Virus record (IMG/VR): IMGVR_UViG_3300033153_007973
Coordinates: 124,001 to 188,000 of that record
DNA length: 64,000 nt
Direction: 5' to 3' (one strand)
Part shown: piece by piece, positions 33,246-44,235 of the stretch
Numbering within the stretch: position 1 is the first letter of the stretch
How the letters are laid out: each line of letters opens with the position of its first letter
Notes under the pieces: generated by a model
The model's input: the letters and a program-made list of their open reading frames with translations, nothing else
Database searches by the model: none
Told to the model about the DNA's origin: nothing
Program-made: the position numbers and the translations under genes

Positions 33246-33719
33246 ATGGCTAAACATTATATTGTTGTTGATAATGATGACTTGGTAATCGATAGTTTCT
33301 CAGATGCATTCAGGAAACCATCTGGTGGAGAGATAGAAGTTAACTCAAATGGCGGCAGACATTTTAACTTGAACCTGCGTGATAAGAATACGAATCCTCG
33401 TCTTAAATGGAATGGATCTGCTATCGTTGAGCGAACAGAAGATGAACGCGATCCAATGGATAACCTGAAACAACGCATGAAAGATCGTGTATTCAAAGCT
33501 GGTATACATATTATGCAGAAGACACAATGGAAAGTCGACCGTCATCGCGAAGAATTAGAGCTCAGTATTGCAACCACGTTGACACCAACACAGTATACAA
33601 CACTTCTAACACAGCGCAAAACAATACGGGACAAAATCATTCAATTTTATCAGCAGATCACTGATCTATCAGATAGGCAGCTAGTAAAAGACTTTGCCGC
33701 GGACTTCTCAGGAGAATAA
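33246..33719 (+). CDS. Tail fibre assembly chaperone-like protein
   Basis: Follows a fibre gene; LKWNGSAIVERT and KTQWKVDRHREELEL...LTPTQYTTLLTQRKTIRD pattern. Confidence 0.7.
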   Translation: MAKHYIVVDNDDLVIDSFSDAFRKPSGGEIEVNSNGGRHFNLNLRDKNTNPRLKWNGSAIVERTEDERDPMDNLKQRMKDRVFKAGIHIMQKTQWKVDRHREELELSIATTLTPTQYTTLLTQRKTIRDKIIQFYQQITDLSDRQLVKDFAADFSGE

Positions 33720-33720
33720 T

Positions 33721-34017
33721 ATGCCAGACCCAGCAACAACAAATGGACTCGGTAATATACTCGGCATAAGTGGTCTTGCCGGCGGTAGTCTTGGAACCGG
33801 CATCCTACTCAAGATCATCTTCGATTGGCTAAAGGGGAAGAAGAACGGCAATGGCGATTCAGATAAGATCTTATCTAAGCTTGAAGAGATCAAGACTGAG
33901 ATCCATGATACTAGAATGAGCAATGACCGCACAGAACAGGCTGTAAATAAGCTTGTATCACAATCTGCGGCCACAGATGTCAAAATACAGGCGATTCTGG
34001 ACAAGAATCACGAGTAA
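33721..34017 (+). CDS. Membrane-anchored coiled-coil protein (holin/XhlA-like)
   Basis: N-terminal Gly-rich hydrophobic helix followed by a coiled coil; ATG 33721 after GGAG. Confidence 0.5.
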   Translation: MPDPATTNGLGNILGISGLAGGSLGTGILLKIIFDWLKGKKNGNGDSDKILSKLEEIKTEIHDTRMSNDRTEQAVNKLVSQSAATDVKIQAILDKNHE

Positions 34018-34018
34018 G

Positions 34019-34047
34019 TTGACGCCCCTAAATAGATATGATATAAT
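34019..34047 (+). promoter_or_regulatory. sigma70-type promoter with extended -10
   Basis: TTGACG (34019-34024), 17 nt, TGnTATAAT (TATAAT 34042-34047); AAGGAG RBS before ATG 34074. Confidence 0.8.
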
Positions 34048-34073
34048 ATATTAGCTAAACAAGGAGCATACAT

Positions 34074-34319
34074 ATGGCACCACTCGATAATCCTACAGAT
34101 ATGGAAGAACTGAGAAGGTTCTTCAAGTCAAATAGCGGCAATGCTAATAGTGGTGAAGGCGATATTTTGACCGCTTTTGATCCCAAGCTTACTATCACCA
34201 GCAGTGGTGGCAATACAACCCAGATCGATGCTGAACTCGGGGGACATATTGCGAGAAAGAGATTCACATACCCAGATGCCAACACACAGATTGTGTGGCC
34301 CTGGGAATTCGTGAGTTAA
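34074..34319 (+). CDS. Small hypothetical protein
   Basis: 81-aa ORF with promoter and RBS. Confidence 0.6.
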   Translation: MAPLDNPTDMEELRRFFKSNSGNANSGEGDILTAFDPKLTITSSGGNTTQIDAELGGHIARKRFTYPDANTQIVWPWEFVS

Positions 34320-34331
34320 CAGGAGCTTGAC

Positions 34332-36743
34332 ATGGGCAGCATTATAGGTCACAAAGTCAATAATACTATTTTCGGCATAGCCACAAAGGGCTATGTCGAT
34401 GATGCCATATCTGGCATTGCATCAACTGCATATAACTATGTATCCACCTGGGACGCTACTACCAACACTCCAGCACTAGCTAGTGGTGCTGGTACCAAGG
34501 GAGATGTCTACTACGTGAATGTCGGTGGTAGCACGAACTTAGACGGAATCACAGACTGGGTAGCGGGCGACTCTGCTGCATTCAATGGTTCTGTCTGGAC
34601 CAAGTGGGATCATACCGATCAGATCACCAGTATATTCGGTCGACAAGGTATTATTGAAGCAGTAAGCGGAGACTATGATGCCGCCGAGATCTCTTCTCTT
34701 CCAGACACATTAAACTACTGGAGCAAGATGGGGTCTACTATAGAGATTACCAATCCAGTGGTTGGCCCGGTTACGACATTGGACGCGACAGTTGTATACG
34801 AAACTGGCAAGTTTGATAATGGCGTGCGGGGTACAGTAGCAGATGAGGAAAAACCCATATCGTTCCCTACTATATCTCCATCTTTCGATTTTGCACAAGG
34901 CTGTATTGAAATGTGGATCCGTCCCGTAGGATACAATATTGTTAATGGTATTAATGATGCCGGCGATGGCGAAGGCAAGTATTTATGGCAGTGGATGAGT
35001 CCAGCACCACATAACTATGTGCACTATTTTAAATTCGGCGTGATTGGCATCGGTTGGCAAACCAATTCTGCTGCCGGTCAAACTCATTGGGATGATGAAC
35101 TTCCTGGATTAGATATTGCTGATGGTGAACTTGCTCATATTGCATTAGTCTGGGATCGCACACACCTCACCAAGAAACGTAGAGTTTACCTGAATGGAAT
35201 TGAAGTTGGATCAAACAATGACCAGTGGAGTGATGAGGACATGACTGGCGCTACGATGACTATAGGAAGCGCCACTGGTGGAACTCGTATTCTCGAAGGC
35301 CAGATGGATAATATGAAATGGTGGGATTTTGCACAAACTGATTTCTCAGGAAAAGACATAGAAGGATTCGCCACTGTTGCTAATCATCTCGCCAGTAGCG
35401 AGCTTCACAGAGAGATCAATGATTCAGAATATGCTGATACTGATTTATGGAGTGCTGACCAGATAAGTGGACATGTAGCAACTGAGATCGGATCTATTAG
35501 TGATGCTGAAGATTCAGTTAGCGGTGTTCTCCTGGGGGACGGAACCGGAGCATATTCCGAGGCAGATGCAGGTGACCTTCCTGTCACCATACAGGGAAGT
35601 CCTCCAAGCACATTAAATTACTGGAGTAAGATGGGTACTCCCGGAGAGATCACCAGTCCGGAGGTCGGTCCTACTACAACTCTGACTGCGACAGTTGCAT
35701 ACGAAACTGGAAAGTTTGACAATGGTGCTAGAACTACAGTGGTGGATGAGGCAAAAGACATATCATTTCCAACAGTATCTCCTTCGTTTGATCATGCACA
35801 AGGTTGTATCGAGATGTGGATCAGGCCTGTTGGATTTAATATCGTTAATGGTGCATATGATGCCGGTGGTCCACCGAAGTTTCTGTGGTATTGGAACAGT
35901 GCATATGAGCAACATTTTAGATTCCAAGGAAGTGGCGGTGGTATTTATTGGAATCTTAATGATGCTGGTGGATCATATGCATGGTCTGGTGAACTTCCTG
36001 GATTAGATATTGCTGATGGTGAGTTAGCACATATTGCATTCGTATGGGATCGCACACATAGCACAAAGAAACGTAGAATCTATCTGAATGGTGTAGAAGT
36101 CGGCTCAGATAATACAGCATGGGTCGATGAGGACATGACTGCTGGGACAATGTATATTGGAACAGATACTGGTGGGTATACAGGTTTTTACGGCCAGATG
36201 GATAATATGAAATGGTGGGACTTCGCGCAGACTGATTTCTCTAGTAGAGATACAGAAGGATTTAGTTCAATAGGCGATGCCCAAACTTACCTCGATGATA
36301 ATACTGCAGGTATTACAGCAAACGTCGCAAGCATTGCAACAAATGCTGCTTACATAGATACCGTCAGTGGTGATGTCAATACGCATTCTGCTGACTCAGA
36401 CAAGCACTCTCAGGTATATAGCTTCTTCATTCCTGGTGATGCCGTGTCAGGCACGGCAATCCAGGAGGCGGAAGTTGCCTTCTCTGGAGATATCTCTCTG
36501 GTAAGAGCTACAGCTAAGGGACCAGTAGGTGGGAATCTGGATATCGATATTGACCTAAATGACACAACAATCTTTACCGACCAGGATAAACGACCACAAA
36601 TCATCTCTGGATCTCTGTCTGATATCAGTGATACACCAGATATTATAACTGTTGTACCTGGTGATATCCTGGGCGTGAACGTGGATGCTGTCGATCCTGT
36701 AGATCCTGGAAACAAGGTAAAAATAGCCATCGTCGTGGTATAA
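34332..36743 (+). CDS. Tail fibre/adhesin with two tandem LamG domains
   Basis: ATKGYVD and WDATTNTPALASG.GTKGDVYYV...DGITDW fibre motifs, two LamG repeats, one LWSADQISG repeat and a C-terminal beta-sandwich. Confidence 0.8.
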   Translation: MGSIIGHKVNNTIFGIATKGYVDDAISGIASTAYNYVSTWDATTNTPALASGAGTKGDVYYVNVGGSTNLDGITDWVAGDSAAFNGSVWTKWDHTDQITSIFGRQGIIEAVSGDYDAAEISSLPDTLNYWSKMGSTIEITNPVVGPVTTLDATVVYETGKFDNGVRGTVADEEKPISFPTISPSFDFAQGCIEMWIRPVGYNIVNGINDAGDGEGKYLWQWMSPAPHNYVHYFKFGVIGIGWQTNSAAGQTHWDDELPGLDIADGELAHIALVWDRTHLTKKRRVYLNGIEVGSNNDQWSDEDMTGATMTIGSATGGTRILEGQMDNMKWWDFAQTDFSGKDIEGFATVANHLASSELHREINDSEYADTDLWSADQISGHVATEIGSISDAEDSVSGVLLGDGTGAYSEADAGDLPVTIQGSPPSTLNYWSKMGTPGEITSPEVGPTTTLTATVAYETGKFDNGARTTVVDEAKDISFPTVSPSFDHAQGCIEMWIRPVGFNIVNGAYDAGGPPKFLWYWNSAYEQHFRFQGSGGGIYWNLNDAGGSYAWSGELPGLDIADGELAHIAFVWDRTHSTKKRRIYLNGVEVGSDNTAWVDEDMTAGTMYIGTDTGGYTGFYGQMDNMKWWDFAQTDFSSRDTEGFSSIGDAQTYLDDNTAGITANVASIATNAAYIDTVSGDVNTHSADSDKHSQVYSFFIPGDAVSGTAIQEAEVAFSGDISLVRATAKGPVGGNLDIDIDLNDTTIFTDQDKRPQIISGSLSDISDTPDIITVVPGDILGVNVDAVDPVDPGNKVKIAIVVV
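34698..35369 (+). repeat. LamG cassette copy 2
   Basis: LPDTLNYWSK...DFSGKDIEGF. Confidence 0.9.
35601..36263 (+). repeat. LamG cassette copy 3
   Basis: PPSTLNYWSK...DFSSRDTEGF. Shares identical nt blocks with copy 2, e.g. gaacttcctggattagatattgctgatggtga. Confidence 0.9.
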
Positions 36744-36791
36744 TAATATTGGCTATAGAATCATTGCGACATAAATCACAGGAGGAAGTAG

Positions 36792-37082
36792 ATGGCAGAA
36801 GACCAAACTCCCAATGAATTCAAACGAGAATCTATCCTATCAGCGATATCAACATCTATAGAACTTCAAATTCTTAAGCTCTTTAAGCAACTAAAAGAGA
36901 CATATAACAAGAGATTTGAGATCTATGATGAGGATATCGACAAGCTCAATAAATTCATGATCAAAACTATATCATGGATGGAAAGTCATGAAGCACAACA
37001 CAAACGTGATCTTACCATCCTTTCGCTCGTATTGGTTGGAGCAACAATACTAATCAACTTCGTGTTCTTTATGCTAAAATAA
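36792..37082 (+). CDS. Coiled-coil protein with C-terminal transmembrane helix (XhlA/holin-like)
   Basis: C-terminal LTILSLVLVGATILINFVFFML; AGGAGG RBS. Confidence 0.55.
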   Translation: MAEDQTPNEFKRESILSAISTSIELQILKLFKQLKETYNKRFEIYDEDIDKLNKFMIKTISWMESHEAQHKRDLTILSLVLVGATILINFVFFMLK

Positions 37083-37092
37083 GGAGAACAAC

Positions 37093-37296
37093 ATGAACAA
37101 GACAATCAAATTCCTTGGTAAGATCTGGACAATCATAGTCTTTCCAGCATTGAAAGCCGCGAAACCAGCTTTGAGGAAATGGGCCAAAAAGAAGCTGATT
37201 CCTGAGCTACAGAAGAAGATCAATGCAGGCGCTATCGATCAGCAAGTTGATGATAAGATCAAAGAAGTTATCCTGAACCTGATTGATAAGATCTAA
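37093..37296 (+). CDS. Small basic amphipathic protein
   Basis: 67 aa with AAGGAG RBS. Confidence 0.55.
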   Translation: MNKTIKFLGKIWTIIVFPALKAAKPALRKWAKKKLIPELQKKINAGAIDQQVDDKIKEVILNLIDKI

Positions 37297-37315
37297 GAAC
37301 AATACAGAGAATTAG

Positions 37316-38152
37316 ATGGCTCGCGATGATCTCATCATAAATTTAACTGACTTCTCCATCGAGGACCTTGATGATGTTATTATTGAGTCACCAACAAGCG
37401 GCGAAGTTCTTGTTTACGATGAAGATCTTAGCGGTTGGGTTAATGAGTCTATAAGCCAGATCGCTATCTCTGGCGATTTCTATACAAAGACAGAGACAGA
37501 TGACCTCCTGGATGATAAGTCCGACACAGGACACACTCATGATGACTATGCCCTTTCAGGTCATGTACATGATGAATATGCAACTTCTGGACATATACAT
37601 GATGACCGATACTATACTGAAGATGAATCAGATGGGTTATTTGAAGCATCAGGCACAATGTCAACCCATGAAGGCACATATGTACACGGGGACATCGCTT
37701 CAAATAGTGCACACCGCAACACAACTACCGGAAACCCACATAACATCGATGCAGCAGATGCTGGCGCTGATCCCGCGGGCACTGCAGCCTCAGCAGTGTC
37801 AGCACATGAATCATCATATGATCACGATGCCTATGATGTTCACGTTGCCAGTGGAGAAATTCACAGACGGATCGACGACTCCGGATATGGAGCAGAGGAC
37901 CTCTGGAGTGCCGAAAAGATTAGTGGAGAACTCGACACTATCTCTGGTGGAGGGAGTACGCAATATATAGATGATCTCCTTGATGTTGATACTGCAGGTG
38001 TTATCTCAGGAGAGATTCTCAAGTTTGATGGTAGTCAGTGGCTTAATGCAGTGGATACTGGGGACGCTGGTGATCAAAATATTGACGGAGGACGCGCGGA
38101 TACAGTCTACTTTGTACAAAACGTAGACGGTGGTGCAGCAGCGAGCTTCTAA
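37316..38152 (+). CDS. Short tail fibre protein with His/Asp repeats
   Basis: IEDLDDV.I..P.SGEVL.YD, GHTHDD..YYTE and DLWSAEKISGEL repeats; C-terminal IDGG/VDGG. Confidence 0.75.
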   Translation: MARDDLIINLTDFSIEDLDDVIIESPTSGEVLVYDEDLSGWVNESISQIAISGDFYTKTETDDLLDDKSDTGHTHDDYALSGHVHDEYATSGHIHDDRYYTEDESDGLFEASGTMSTHEGTYVHGDIASNSAHRNTTTGNPHNIDAADAGADPAGTAASAVSAHESSYDHDAYDVHVASGEIHRRIDDSGYGAEDLWSAEKISGELDTISGGGSTQYIDDLLDVDTAGVISGEILKFDGSQWLNAVDTGDAGDQNIDGGRADTVYFVQNVDGGAAASF

Positions 38153-41100
38153 ATGGCACAACAGATACAAATTAGGCGGGACACTGCAAGCAATTGGACA
38201 AGCGTCAATCCAACCCTAGCTGTTGGTGAATACGGATACGAGACCGACACCGACAAGTTAAAGCTTGGGGATGGCTCCACTGCTTGGAACTCTCTCGGAT
38301 ACATGCTCGCCCCAGTCTTGATCTCTTCTCCGATATCCGGAGAAGTTCTGAAGTATGATGGCACATACTGGGTAAATGATCAGGACATAAGCGGCACTGG
38401 CGCAATTGCTGGACACGAGTCGATCTATGATCACGATGCATATGATCAGCACCTAGTCAGCGGAGAACTCCACAGGCAGATCAACGATTCTGCTTACGGA
38501 GATACTGATCTATGGAGCGCCGAACAGATAAGTGGTGAGCTGGTAAGTAAGTCTGATACAACACATCTTCATGATGATAGATATTATACTGAGACTGAAG
38601 CCAATGGTCTCTTCGAGCCATCAGGTCACACACATGATGAATATGCAGAATCGGGACACATACATGACAACAGATATTATACAGAAGCAGAAGCCGATGG
38701 CTTATTCTCCGCCTCGGGTCACCTCCACGACGATAGATATTATACCGAAACTGAAGCGGACGGACTCTTTGAAGCGTCGGGAGCAGTAGCTGCTCACGAA
38801 TCAGCATACGATCACGATGACTTTGCACTGTCAGGACATGCTCATGCTATCAATGATCTCTCTGATGTCACGATCGGTTCTCCCGTATCAGGAGAGATTC
38901 TCAAGTATAATGGATCTCAATGGACCAATGGAGAGGATGTCAGTGGTGGCACCGGATCAGTGGATGCTCACGAGGCATCATATGATCACGACTTATATGA
39001 TACACACATAGCGAGTGGCGAAATCCACCGCACCATCGATGATGCCGGCTACGGATCGATCGATCTATGGAGTGCCGAGCAGATTAGTGGTGAATTGGTA
39101 AGTAAGTCTGACACTGGGCACAGCCACAATGACCTCTATTACACAGAGGCTGAGGCAGATGGTCTCTTTGCAGCTTCAGGGCATGTCCACGATGACATTT
39201 ATGAAACGTCAGGCGCAGTGGCGGGACACGAAGCCGCTTGGGACCACGATAACTTCGCGTTGTCGGGTCATAATCACGATGCTGACTACGCGGCATTGGA
39301 CCATGATCATGATGCAGATTACGAAGCATCAGGAGCTGTCACTGGTCATGAGTTTGCCTACGACCATGAGGCATATGATGACCATCTAGCAAGCGGTGAG
39401 CTTCATAGAACTATAGATGATGCAGGATATGCCGATACAGATCTGTGGAGTGCACAGCAAATCAGTGGACAATTACAACAGAGCTTCTTGATTCAGATAT
39501 CGGCAGGAATGGATGCACCCAACACCACGAATCAATATCTGAGGGGGCCTGGAGACATACCGATGAACCTCGGGGGTTTCTCTCTTCCGTTTGATTCCAC
39601 GCTAGCTGGAATAACAATGGTGGGAGGAGCAAATAACGATATATGGAATACTGAGGTTAGGAAGAATGATGGTATAACTGTTCTAGCTTGGCTCAATATT
39701 ACGAATGCATATGAAAATCATGATTTCACTCAGAATGTTGACTTCGATGCCGGGGATAGAGTACAGTTATACATGAGCGGAACAGCAGTGAATAGGCCCT
39801 CAGTGACTGCGTTCTTTACGAGGAGAATCGGCTAATGGCATTCAGAATAACTACCACAGGGGCACCAGATCCTGTTGTATTCGACGACTTGGGAGCAAGA
39901 AGTTTCTCACACCCGACTACCGGCTACGATCTTCTACTGGAGTTCTCACAGGATGAAATCAACAACTCTGTTGATATTCAGGACGCAATTGATATCAGTG
40001 GAATTACCGTTGTAGACGAGTTTGGTAATTCTATAACATCAGTTAGCAATGAAAATATCATGTCGAGAACCACATATGATATGAATCAAAATGGTGTGGT
40101 CGACGATGTAGATAGTATTGGTGGTCTTGCCTCTGGTGATCTTGCTCTTGCTGGCCACACACATAACGATCTATATGAAGTGTCTGGTGCTGTAGATACA
40201 CATGAAGTGGCTTGGAATCATGATAGCTTTGCTCTATCCAGTCATGATCATGATGCTGATTATGAGGTATCTGGCGCAGTTGCATCCCATGAAATCACAC
40301 ATGATCATGACAGCTATGATACGCACCTTGCCAGCGGAGAACTACACAGAGAAATTAATGATTCAGGATACGATGCTACCGATCTCTGGAGTGCACAGAA
40401 GATAAGCGGTGAACTCGTAAACAGTGATCAACTCAGTGAGCTGAATGATGTAACTATATCTGCACCTGTATCAGGAGAACTTCTTACCTATAATGGAACC
40501 GAATGGATAGATGGTGGCAATGCCTTTATAGATGGAAATCTGGATGTCAGTGGAGATCTGACTGGCATTACTCTATATGGAGATGGATCGAACATCACTA
40601 ACATCGGTACCTCAGTATCCAATGCTGTAACAATCGATGCAAGAGTAAATGAAGCTGGTGGCATTACCAAGGGACAAGCAGTATACATCAACGGATCCAC
40701 AGGCATGACACCTCAGGTGGGTCTGTGTGATAATACAGACCCAGCAAAAACGGGCATTTATGCATTAGCAGCTGAGACAAGAACTCATGGCCAAAGCATT
40801 CTTATCAGACGAGAAGGCATACTGAATGGTGTCAATACAAATAGTTGGAATACAGGCGACAAACTGTATCCCTCTACTGCGGGTGCTCTAACCAATGTGA
40901 TACCCACAGGAGCAGTCAAAAGTGCTGGTGTGGTCGTAACCAAACACATATCACTTGGAGTAATCCTTGTTTCGACAGGGATCAAGGATTGGTATGTCTC
41001 TGCCGCTAGTGGGCAGGATATAGATCTCCGAATGGGAGACAACGCTGGTGCAACCCATATTGCATTTGAGAACTACAATGATGATGAAGTTGCACACATT

Positions 41101-44100
41101 GACTCCCTTGGGAATGGATACCTCAGTGGGGACCTTACTATTTCCGGAAGCCTTACCGATGGAACAAATGCAACCACCCCAGCCCAGATCAGATCACACA
41201 TTGATGATACTGACAAACACAGAGAGATTAATGATTCAGGATATGGCTCTACTGATCTGTGGTCAGCTGATCAAATCAGTGGAGAACTAGCTGGCAAATC
41301 GGACACTTCGCATACCCATGATGATCTATACGAAACATCTGGTGCAGTGGATAGCCATGAATCAACCTGGGATCACGACAATTTCTCAATCGTTAGCCAT
41401 GACCATGATGCTGATTATGAAGTCTCCGGTGCTGTGAATACACATGAATCCGCATATGATCACGATGGATACGATACCCATTTAGCTGATGCTGATAAGC
41501 ATCGAGAGATCAATGATACTGGATATGGCGTGACTGACCTCTGGAGCGCGGACAAGATCAGCGGTGAACTTGCCAGTGTGGAGGGTGATCTAGACGAGAA
41601 GGTCAAGATATCCAGTAATGATACAACTAGCGATTATCTGTCCAACAAAATCAGTGGAGATGCCGGAGATATTGTTGTCTCAGAAGAAAACGATGGTGGC
41701 AACGAATACATCAAGATCGACATAGGAAACAATGTTTCCGGAGCGATCACTCACGCAAATGTCACAACAGGTAACCCACATAGCTTAGATGCATCTGATG
41801 TTGGTGCGGATCCAGCAGGGACAGCAGCAAGCGCAGTCTCAACTCATGAGAGCACCTGGGACCATGATAGTTTCTCAATATCCGGACATGATCATGATGC
41901 AGATTACGAAGTATCTGGCGCAGTAACTACACACGAAAGTGCATATGACCACGATGGTTACGACACACATATTGCTGACGATACAAAGCACAGAACAATT
42001 AATGATTCTGGATATAGTGTCACCGACCTATGGTCAGCTGATCAGATAAGTGGTGAACTAGCTGGAAAGTCAGATACCAGTCACAACCATGACGAGAGAT
42101 ACTACACAGAAGATGAATCAGATAGCCTTTTCGAGGCTTCAGGTGCTGCAGTTACAGTAGTGTCTGCACATGAATCTGCCTGGGATCATGATAACTTCTC
42201 AGTGGTGAGTCACGATCATGATGCAGATTATGAGACATCGGGAGCTGTAACTGCACACGAAGGCACTTATGCCCATGGTGACATAGCGACTAACTCAGCA
42301 CATAGAACCACAACCACAGGCAATCCTCATAATCTTGATCACAATGATGTAGGTGCGGAGGTTTCGGGTGCAGTAGATACTCATGAGAGCTCATATGATC
42401 ACGATGGTTATGATACCCACGTGGCAGATGCTGACAAACATCGGGAGATCAACGACTCCGGCTACGGGCCCACAGATCTGTGGTCAGCCGAGAAGATAAG
42501 CGGAGAGCTCGAGAATGTCTCTGGTGGCACAGGAGCAACAGAACTTGATGAGCTGACTGATGTTACTCTGTCCGGCCCTGCATCAGGTGAAGTTCTGCTA
42601 TACAATGGTGCAGAATGGGTGAATGACACAGTCAGCGGCGCTGGTGGAACGGATCCGAATGCTATTCACGATAACGTGCCCAGCGAGATTCAAGCCATTA
42701 CCCAGAAAGTATCTCCAATAGGCACAGACATAGTTCTTATCGAGGATAGCGAAGCAACATGGGCCAAGAAGAGAGCACAGCTCAGTGACTTCCCAGCTGC
42801 TGCTCATACTCACACATATCTCGATAATGACTTAACCATTAGTGGTGACTTTGTCGCTAGTGGAGACATTACGGCCATTGGATATAATATTCCCAATAGA
42901 TTTGCTATGCCAGTGACATATGATTCTGCTGGTATTAATGCAGCTATTGATACATTAGGGTCCATGGGTGGAGAGATATATCTTCCTGCTGGAGATTATG
43001 ATATTACGGCAGAAATAACTATAGATTACTCCAAGACCAAAATCATTGGTGCTGGAAGAGCTACTCAGTTATGGGCTAGTAATCGTGCGGCATTTGACGA
43101 TGCCACTAGTACGCTATCAGTTGATGATACGATTACTGGAAGCGTCAACTCCTATACTGCCATCGTCCGTAGGATTGTCTATGATACGGCCACAACCGGT
43201 ACTGTTTGGTTTACCGACCTGAGTAATTCCGCTGGATTCAACGATGACGAAGTGTTGGCCAGCGGCGGTAATGACATCACTCTGAATGGAGCTTCTGTCC
43301 AACCGAACTTTGACGTATTTTTAGCAGCAGGTGGAAAGAATGAACTTACTTTTGCTAATTTTGTTATTTGGGGTGCGTCGGGCAGTGGTAACACAAAGCA
43401 TGGAATAACCCTTGCCATATCTGACGACACCATTGTTGATAATGTCACGATCAATAGAACTGGAGGTAATGGGATTGTCGCATTGGCTACTAGTAGCCTT
43501 CGTGTAATGAATTGTTATATCAACTACGTTGGTCTTGTTGGCATATCGTTCGGATCTGGGGATAACATGTTTATCCGTGGGAATACTATTATTGGCTCTG
43601 GTACTAATGATATAACATGCACGGGAGCCGATCGACTACGAATAATGGGCAACTTTATCAATGGGGATTCAATTGCTGGTAAGGGTATCGTTATGACTGG
43701 CAGCAACAATTGTATTGTTGCTGGTAATCACCTGCTCAATCATACTACAGTAGGTATTGAAGAGTTAGCAAATTGTGACAACAATATCATCTATGATAAT
43801 GATACAGAGGGAGAGTCCACTCCGTACGACCTCAAAGGCATAAATTCAACATACCAACTAATGGAAGGCGGAGTCAACGATTTCGTCGGCGGTATACTTC
43901 GGGACATCGCCGATCCTATGCAAGATCAGGATGCTGCCACCAAGGCATATGTAGATTCCAATACGGAAGTATCTGGCGCCGTGGCCACACATGAGTCTGC
44001 CTGGGACCATGATAACTTTGCAATATCCGGCCATGACCATGACGCCGACTACGAAGTCTCCGGAGCTGTAGCATCACATGAAAGTACGTACGACCACGAC

Positions 44101-44235
44101 GGATATGACACACATCTCGCTGATGATACCAAGCATCGAACGATAAATGACTCAGGGTATGGAGACACCGATCTCTGGTCGGCGAACCAGATCAGTGGAG
44201 AACTTGCGGGCAAGGCAGATACAGGACATGGACAT
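37480..44235 (+). repeat. Dispersed His/Asp-rich fibre-shaft repeat modules across three genes (plus one copy at ~35380-35480)
   Basis: Recurring modules GHxHDDRYYTExE, AVxxHESAW/YDHDxF, HREINDSGYGxTDLWSAxxISGEL and TTGNPHxLDAxDVGADPAG, with synonymous divergence between copies. Confidence 0.9.
38153..39835 (+). CDS. Tail fibre with Mtd_N (major tropism determinant N-terminal) domain and His/Asp repeats
   Basis: IQIRRDTASNWTSVNPTLAVGEYGYETDTDKLKLGDGSTAWNSLGY is the canonical Mtd_N/hyaluronidase-N motif; C-terminal beta-sandwich head. Confidence 0.85.
   Translation: MAQQIQIRRDTASNWTSVNPTLAVGEYGYETDTDKLKLGDGSTAWNSLGYMLAPVLISSPISGEVLKYDGTYWVNDQDISGTGAIAGHESIYDHDAYDQHLVSGELHRQINDSAYGDTDLWSAEQISGELVSKSDTTHLHDDRYYTETEANGLFEPSGHTHDEYAESGHIHDNRYYTEAEADGLFSASGHLHDDRYYTETEADGLFEASGAVAAHESAYDHDDFALSGHAHAINDLSDVTIGSPVSGEILKYNGSQWTNGEDVSGGTGSVDAHEASYDHDLYDTHIASGEIHRTIDDAGYGSIDLWSAEQISGELVSKSDTGHSHNDLYYTEAEADGLFAASGHVHDDIYETSGAVAGHEAAWDHDNFALSGHNHDADYAALDHDHDADYEASGAVTGHEFAYDHEAYDDHLASGELHRTIDDAGYADTDLWSAQQISGQLQQSFLIQISAGMDAPNTTNQYLRGPGDIPMNLGGFSLPFDSTLAGITMVGGANNDIWNTEVRKNDGITVLAWLNITNAYENHDFTQNVDFDAGDRVQLYMSGTAVNRPSVTAFFTRRIG

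Noticed and set aside
34327-34355. TTGACA at the start of the 34332 gene
   Set aside because: No -10 box at 16-18 nt; it overlaps the RBS spacer and ATG.
34698-39835. Diversity-generating retroelement (Mtd_N fibre plus near-duplicate regions)
   Set aside because: No reverse transcriptase is present in the window. The LamG copies are both coding and differ by synonymous changes and indels at all bases, not by adenine-specific substitutions.
37480-44235. CRISPR array or non-coding DNA repeats
   Set aside because: The repeats are in-frame protein modules with third-position divergence; there are no identical direct repeats with unique spacers.
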